DNA from: Sphingobacteriales bacterium
GTDB lineage: Bacteria > Bacteroidota > Bacteroidia > UKL13-3
Length of the DNA: 64,000 nucleotides
Direction of reading: 5' to 3'
NCBI GenBank assembly: GCA_021299635.1
Contig: JAJTFA010000001.1
Span: 520,391 to 584,390 of the forward strand
Part shown: positions 59,599 through 64,000 of the stretch, in pieces
How the letters are laid out: each line of letters begins with the position of its first letter
Position numbering within the stretch: position 1 is the stretch's first letter
The notes under the pieces: model-generated
The model's input: only the letters and a program-made list of their open reading frames with translations
Database searches by the model: none
Told to the model about the DNA's origin: nothing
Position numbers and translations under genes: made by a program

Positions 59599-61065
59599 AT
59601 GCAACCTGCCATTAAAAATATTCTTGCATTTTTATTCATAGCCTTGCTGGCTTATTTCAGTTTATTTCATCAGTTGGGAAAACTAAGTTTGCGCAACTGG
59701 GATGAGGCAAGCTATGCCCTCAATGCCTGGGAAATGCTGGAAACGGGTGAGTATATCAATTTGTATCAGTTTGGCAAAGCAGATTTCTATAATACCAAAC
59801 CGCCTTTTGCAATTTGGTGCATGGCACTTTCTATGAAAGCAGGTGGCATTCATGAAACGGCTTTGCGCCTGCCTGCTGCTTTCTTTGGTTTCCTTTCGGT
59901 TTGCTGGGTGTTTGTGTTTTGTCTATTTTATTTAAAAAACTATTGGGCAGGAGTATGGAGCGCCTGCATACTTATGACATCAAAGGGTTTTGTTGCTGAG
60001 CATGCTGCACGCACCGGTGATACCGATGCCATACTCGCTTTTTTTATTTTATTTTATCTCACCATTTTCTATGCATTTATTATTAAGCAGAAGGCTCGTT
60101 ACATCTGGCTGTGTGCCGCAGGTATGGTGCTTGCCTGTTTAACCAAAGGCATAGCAGGTTTGCAGGGTTTGCCGGCTTTGGCTGTTTTGGCAGCGGTATT
60201 TAGTCAGTGGAAATCTTTATTAAACAGCAAGCATTTTTATGCAGCTATTCTTGTATTTATTTTTATTGTAGGTGGCTATTATCTATGGAGAGAGCTCAAG
60301 GCACCGGACTTTTTAAGTTATGTTATTAAATTTGAAATTGGCGGAAGATTACACAGGCAAGAGTATTTAAATCCTGAATCAAGGGGATTCTTTTTCTATT
60401 TGCAAGAATTTTACTACAGCCAACGCTGGTGGCCATGGATTTTTTTACTGGTACTGTGGCCAATTGCACTTATAGTGGCACACAAAAATAAATCAAGCAT
60501 GCAGTGGTGGTATCTTGTACTTGCCTTTTGCGGTTTGTACCTGGCAGCAGGTATTTCATCAACTAAAAACTTTTGGTATGATGTGCCATTGTATCCACTA
60601 CTGGCATTGGTTACAGGTTATTGTGTAAGCGTTCTGTTTCAGCTAAACCATGCCATCAGATATGTTTTTATGCTGCTTTTTGCTGCTACTTTTATTTATA
60701 GTTATGCAAACATTGTGAACCGCAACTTAAGTCAGCCTGATGATTTAAAGTACAAATCATTTTTTAGTAGTATTCGGCAAAAAGATAGCAGCGCACTAAC
60801 AATTGTGAATGCCGATTTTATTTTTCCTATCAACTTTTATCAGAAACTGGATGCATACCGTGGTTTTACATCTTACCTTAAACATCCTGATGATTATTTT
60901 GTGCCGGGCGAGAAGATTATTGTATTTAAAGAGGAACGTGAGGCAGATATGAAGCGGAAGTATAGCTTAAAACTACTTATGGCCGATGAGGAGGCTAAAC
61001 TATTTGCTGTAGTTTCAATCTTAAACGATTCTACATTTCACAAAACTGACAATACCCCTCGTTAA
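59599..61065 (+). CDS. ArnT/PMT-like GT-C glycosyltransferase
   Basis: WDEASY, TKPP, LRLP, LTKG motifs, many transmembrane helices. Confidence 0.85.
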   Translation: MQPAIKNILAFLFIALLAYFSLFHQLGKLSLRNWDEASYALNAWEMLETGEYINLYQFGKADFYNTKPPFAIWCMALSMKAGGIHETALRLPAAFFGFLSVCWVFVFCLFYLKNYWAGVWSACILMTSKGFVAEHAARTGDTDAILAFFILFYLTIFYAFIIKQKARYIWLCAAGMVLACLTKGIAGLQGLPALAVLAAVFSQWKSLLNSKHFYAAILVFIFIVGGYYLWRELKAPDFLSYVIKFEIGGRLHRQEYLNPESRGFFFYLQEFYYSQRWWPWIFLLVLWPIALIVAHKNKSSMQWWYLVLAFCGLYLAAGISSTKNFWYDVPLYPLLALVTGYCVSVLFQLNHAIRYVFMLLFAATFIYSYANIVNRNLSQPDDLKYKSFFSSIRQKDSSALTIVNADFIFPINFYQKLDAYRGFTSYLKHPDDYFVPGEKIIVFKEEREADMKRKYSLKLLMADEEAKLFAVVSILNDSTFHKTDNTPR

Positions 61066-61129
61066 TTTCATTTATAATTGTCTTTCAAAAGAAACCCACT
61101 TTATGTATCCATTCCTAACTTTAAATTTT

Positions 61130-62995
61130 ATGAGAAAAATTACCCTCTTGCTGTGTTTGTTGTTAATCGGAATCTTACAACTCCATGCGCAGCATGCCAA
61201 ACGATTTAAACTACCTGCATATCGCACAGCACGCGAACGTGTATTAACACAGCAAAGCACACCTGTTAATGAGCAATTTGGCAAAGGTGGTTTTACCATG
61301 CCTGCCAATGTTCGTTTCCCCGGGGAGTTTGAAGAATCGCAAGCCATTGCCATCTCATGGTCGTTTGATTATGATATGGATGGAAATGTAATTGGGGTAG
61401 ATACATACTCCATTTACGGTTATATATCTGCACAGTGTGCAAAGTATATTTCAGATGAGTTACCCGTTTGGATACGGGTGCCTTTTGCTGCCGATACGCT
61501 TGCCATCAAAGCATTTATGAGCGATTTGGGATGGCCCCTCACCAAAAATTATAGTTTTATTGTTGCTGAAGGTGACGACTGGTGGATACGTGACTATGGG
61601 CCAAACGGTATATACTACGGCAATCAGGATAATATTGCTTTTGTAGACCTCAAATATTATGACGGCAGGGATAAAGACAACCTCTATCCCAAAGTACTAG
61701 CACAGAAACTTGGCTATCCAAATTATGAGTCAACCATGTATGCCGAAGGAGGTAACCTGGTTTCCGATGGATTTGGCAAATTGTTTTATAGCCGCATGGT
61801 TACCGATTTTAATACAGCCAATGGTATTCATTTTCCTCGCTGGAGTTTTAATCAGACCACAGATACCATGAAGAATCTGTTTAATGCCACGCAACCTATT
61901 AACCTGCCTTCACTCAAGTGTGACGGAGGCACGGAGCATATTGATTTATATATGAAACTAATTGATGAGCAAACCATGATTATGGCGCAATATCCGGCAC
62001 AGGTAACTGCAGTTGATAAGCAAACCATAGAAGATAACTATCAAACCATTGCTGCTATGAAAAGCACCTACAACAGGCCTTTTCGTATTTACCGCATTCC
62101 CATGCCTACCAATGATGATGGTACTTATTCCACCACCTGCGAAAAAATAGATTCAGATGCCAGAACGTTCATCAATGGCATTACTGCCAATACCATATTT
62201 ATTTATCCTTCTTATTCCGATGATGTAGATGGCAATCAAGCACAAACCGACTCGGTTACACAACTGTTTAAAAAACTGATGCCGGGTTATAAAATTATTC
62301 CTATCGACTCCAGGGCGATGACAACCGGAGGTGGTGCCATTCACTGCATTACCATGCAAATACCGGTTGAAAACCCCGTGTTGTTCTGGCATCCCAGCAT
62401 TGATGGCTTGCAACCCATTCAGCCTTCCTATCATGTTGTTTCCAAAATCACCAACAAAAGCGGCATTAAAAAAGCAGTGTGTAAATGGCGTAAAAAGCTG
62501 GATGCAGGCTGGAGTGTGGTAAATCTAACCGATAGTGCAGGCTACTTTGTTGGCGATATAAACCCGGGTGCACTTACACCAAACGACTGGTTTATTTACT
62601 TTATAGAGGCCGAAACCAATAATGGTAAAAGGGCAACAAAACCCATGAATGGTCCGGAGGGTTATTATCAGGTTTATTTTACTCCCAATCCTGATACTCT
62701 TACCCTGGGTACTGAAGCGTTACGGATAACCCCAAAAAACCACTTGTTTGCCGCTTATCCAAATCCTTCGCAGCAAAAGGTTTATATCCCTTTTAATTTA
62801 TTACAGCAAGCCGAAGTTACCTGTGAGATTCAGGATATAACTGGCAAGAAAATGGCTGCATTTACCGAAAACTATACTGCAGGCATGCACCAGCGCGAGT
62901 TCAATGTGGCCGAATGGCCTGCAGGCATTTACTTTTATACCCTTTACATCAATGGCGAAAAACTGGATACGCGCAAGCTATCTGTTTTAAAGTAA
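61130..62995 (+). CDS. Agmatine/peptidylarginine deiminase-family protein with T9SS CTD
   Basis: FPGEFE, WIRD, EGGN, HID, GGAIHCIT; signal peptide; C-terminal YPNP...GIYFYTL...RKLSV. Confidence 0.88.
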   Translation: MRKITLLLCLLLIGILQLHAQHAKRFKLPAYRTARERVLTQQSTPVNEQFGKGGFTMPANVRFPGEFEESQAIAISWSFDYDMDGNVIGVDTYSIYGYISAQCAKYISDELPVWIRVPFAADTLAIKAFMSDLGWPLTKNYSFIVAEGDDWWIRDYGPNGIYYGNQDNIAFVDLKYYDGRDKDNLYPKVLAQKLGYPNYESTMYAEGGNLVSDGFGKLFYSRMVTDFNTANGIHFPRWSFNQTTDTMKNLFNATQPINLPSLKCDGGTEHIDLYMKLIDEQTMIMAQYPAQVTAVDKQTIEDNYQTIAAMKSTYNRPFRIYRIPMPTNDDGTYSTTCEKIDSDARTFINGITANTIFIYPSYSDDVDGNQAQTDSVTQLFKKLMPGYKIIPIDSRAMTTGGGAIHCITMQIPVENPVLFWHPSIDGLQPIQPSYHVVSKITNKSGIKKAVCKWRKKLDAGWSVVNLTDSAGYFVGDINPGALTPNDWFIYFIEAETNNGKRATKPMNGPEGYYQVYFTPNPDTLTLGTEALRITPKNHLFAAYPNPSQQKVYIPFNLLQQAEVTCEIQDITGKKMAAFTENYTAGMHQREFNVAEWPAGIYFYTLYINGEKLDTRKLSVLK

Positions 62996-63020
62996 ACATA
63001 TTCATTGCAACCTTAAGAGC

Positions 63021-63055
63021 AGCAGCTTTACCTTTTAGGTAAGGCTGTTTGTTTT
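63021..63055 (+). terminator. Probable intrinsic terminator
   Basis: AGCAGCTTTACCT-ttt-AGGTAAGGCTGTT followed by TGTTTT. Confidence 0.6.
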
Positions 63056-63096
63056 ATCGGCTTATTTTAAGCAAATTCACACCGTAAATATTTTGT

Positions 63097-64000
63097 ATGA
63101 TTAAAATTTTTGTTTCTGTTTTATCTCTGGGTTTGTTTTTTCAAACCGCTTGTGCCGGCAATGCCGATAGTACATCCGTAAAACTTCTTAAGCCTGAGTC
63201 GCAACATGGTACTATTTTTCAAACTGTTACCCAGGCAGTAGCTTCTTATCATTTTAGTAAGCCGCAAATTAATGATGCATTCTCTGCCAAGGCTTTTGAA
63301 AACTATCTGAATAATATTGACCCAACACGCCAGTACTTTTTGCAGAGCGATATTGATGCATTTGAAAAATATCGATACACCATAGATGATGCCGTTTTTA
63401 CAGGAGATGTGTCGATGGCGTTTGAAATTTTTAATGTGTACCGCAAACGTTTGTATGACAGAATAGATTATGCGCTGGCCTTACTTAAAAACGATTTTGA
63501 CTATACCGAGAACGATTCTTTTGAATTTCAGCGCGAGAAAGCACCCTGGTGTAATGATTTTGCTGAGCTTGATTTGTTGTGGAAACGTAAGATTAAATAC
63601 GAATGTCTGGTGCTGCGCGCAACAGGAAAGGATTTTGCATCCTACAGTGAAACCGTGCGTAAGCGCTATGAGAACCTGAAAAAGTTTGCCGATAAAACCA
63701 AAAATGAAGATGTATTTGGTTTGTATATGAACTCCTTGCTTGAGCTGGCCGATCCGCATACCAATTATTACTCACCACGCAATGCCGAAGATTTTAACAC
63801 CAGTATGAGCCTTTCTTTAGAAGGTATTGGTGCCACCCTGCAAACCGAAAATGAATACACCAAAGTGCGCGAGGTGGTAAAAGGTGGTCCGGCTGATAAA
63901 AGTAAAAAAATATTTGCGGGTGATAAGATAATTGCCGTTGGTCAGGGTAAAGACAGTGATATGGTAAACGTGCTGGATTGGCGCATTGATGATGTGGTTT
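63097..64000 (+). CDS. prc: Carboxy-terminal processing protease Prc/Tsp (5' part; runs off the window end)
   Basis: Not in the ORF track. Manual translation: YH...INDAFS...IDP.RQYFLQSDI...DPHTNYYSP...SLSLEGIGATL...KGGPA...GDKIIAVGQG (PDZ). Confidence 0.92.
   Translation, partial: MIKIFVSVLSLGLFFQTACAGNADSTSVKLLKPESQHGTIFQTVTQAVASYHFSKPQINDAFSAKAFENYLNNIDPTRQYFLQSDIDAFEKYRYTIDDAVFTGDVSMAFEIFNVYRKRLYDRIDYALALLKNDFDYTENDSFEFQREKAPWCNDFAELDLLWKRKIKYECLVLRATGKDFASYSETVRKRYENLKKFADKTKNEDVFGLYMNSLLELADPHTNYYSPRNAEDFNTSMSLSLEGIGATLQTENEYTKVREVVKGGPADKSKKIFAGDKIIAVGQGKDSDMVNVLDWRIDDVV

Noticed and set aside
1-64000. Numerous 60-160 aa ORFs antisense to or nested within called genes
   Set aside because: They have no motifs or plausible composition and overlap well-supported genes; treated as shadow ORFs.

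Overview
A 64 kb window of a Bacteroidota chromosome. The assignment rests on TAnnTTTG -7 promoter boxes, T9SS C-terminal domains, the porQ-cmk gene order and bshB1. About 55 CDSs are mostly housekeeping: mnmA, upp, uvrB, ung, cdd, ade, cmk, ffh, lipA, tsaD, tamB, mntR-mntH and prc (partial), plus one tRNA-Arg(ACG). The standout is an AT-rich ~5.2 kb island (about 27620-32900) directly downstream of the tRNA, which looks like an integron-like gene-cassette array with no integrase in the window. All island genes are on the minus strand and are separated by two homologous ~135 bp imperfect inverted repeats with attC architecture (gene stop codon inside a ...TAAC box, a GTT box at the far end). 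The GTT box in front of each of the first two cassettes is the reverse complement of that cassette's own downstream box (9/9 and 7/8). A palindromic attI-like leader lies between the tRNA and the first cassette. The cargo resembles anti-phage functions: an EEP nuclease with a GIY-YIG/DUF4357 protein; a frameshifted secreted protein; and a MazG-like pyrophosphatase coupled to a GIY-YIG/DUF2075 helicase ending in a LexA-like S24 domain. Other oddities are a tandem double D-Ala-D-Ala ligase with divergent active sites, a gingipain-like T9SS protein lacking the canonical dyad, and a T9SS-secreted deiminase. All family calls come from motif recognition by eye; no database searches were run.
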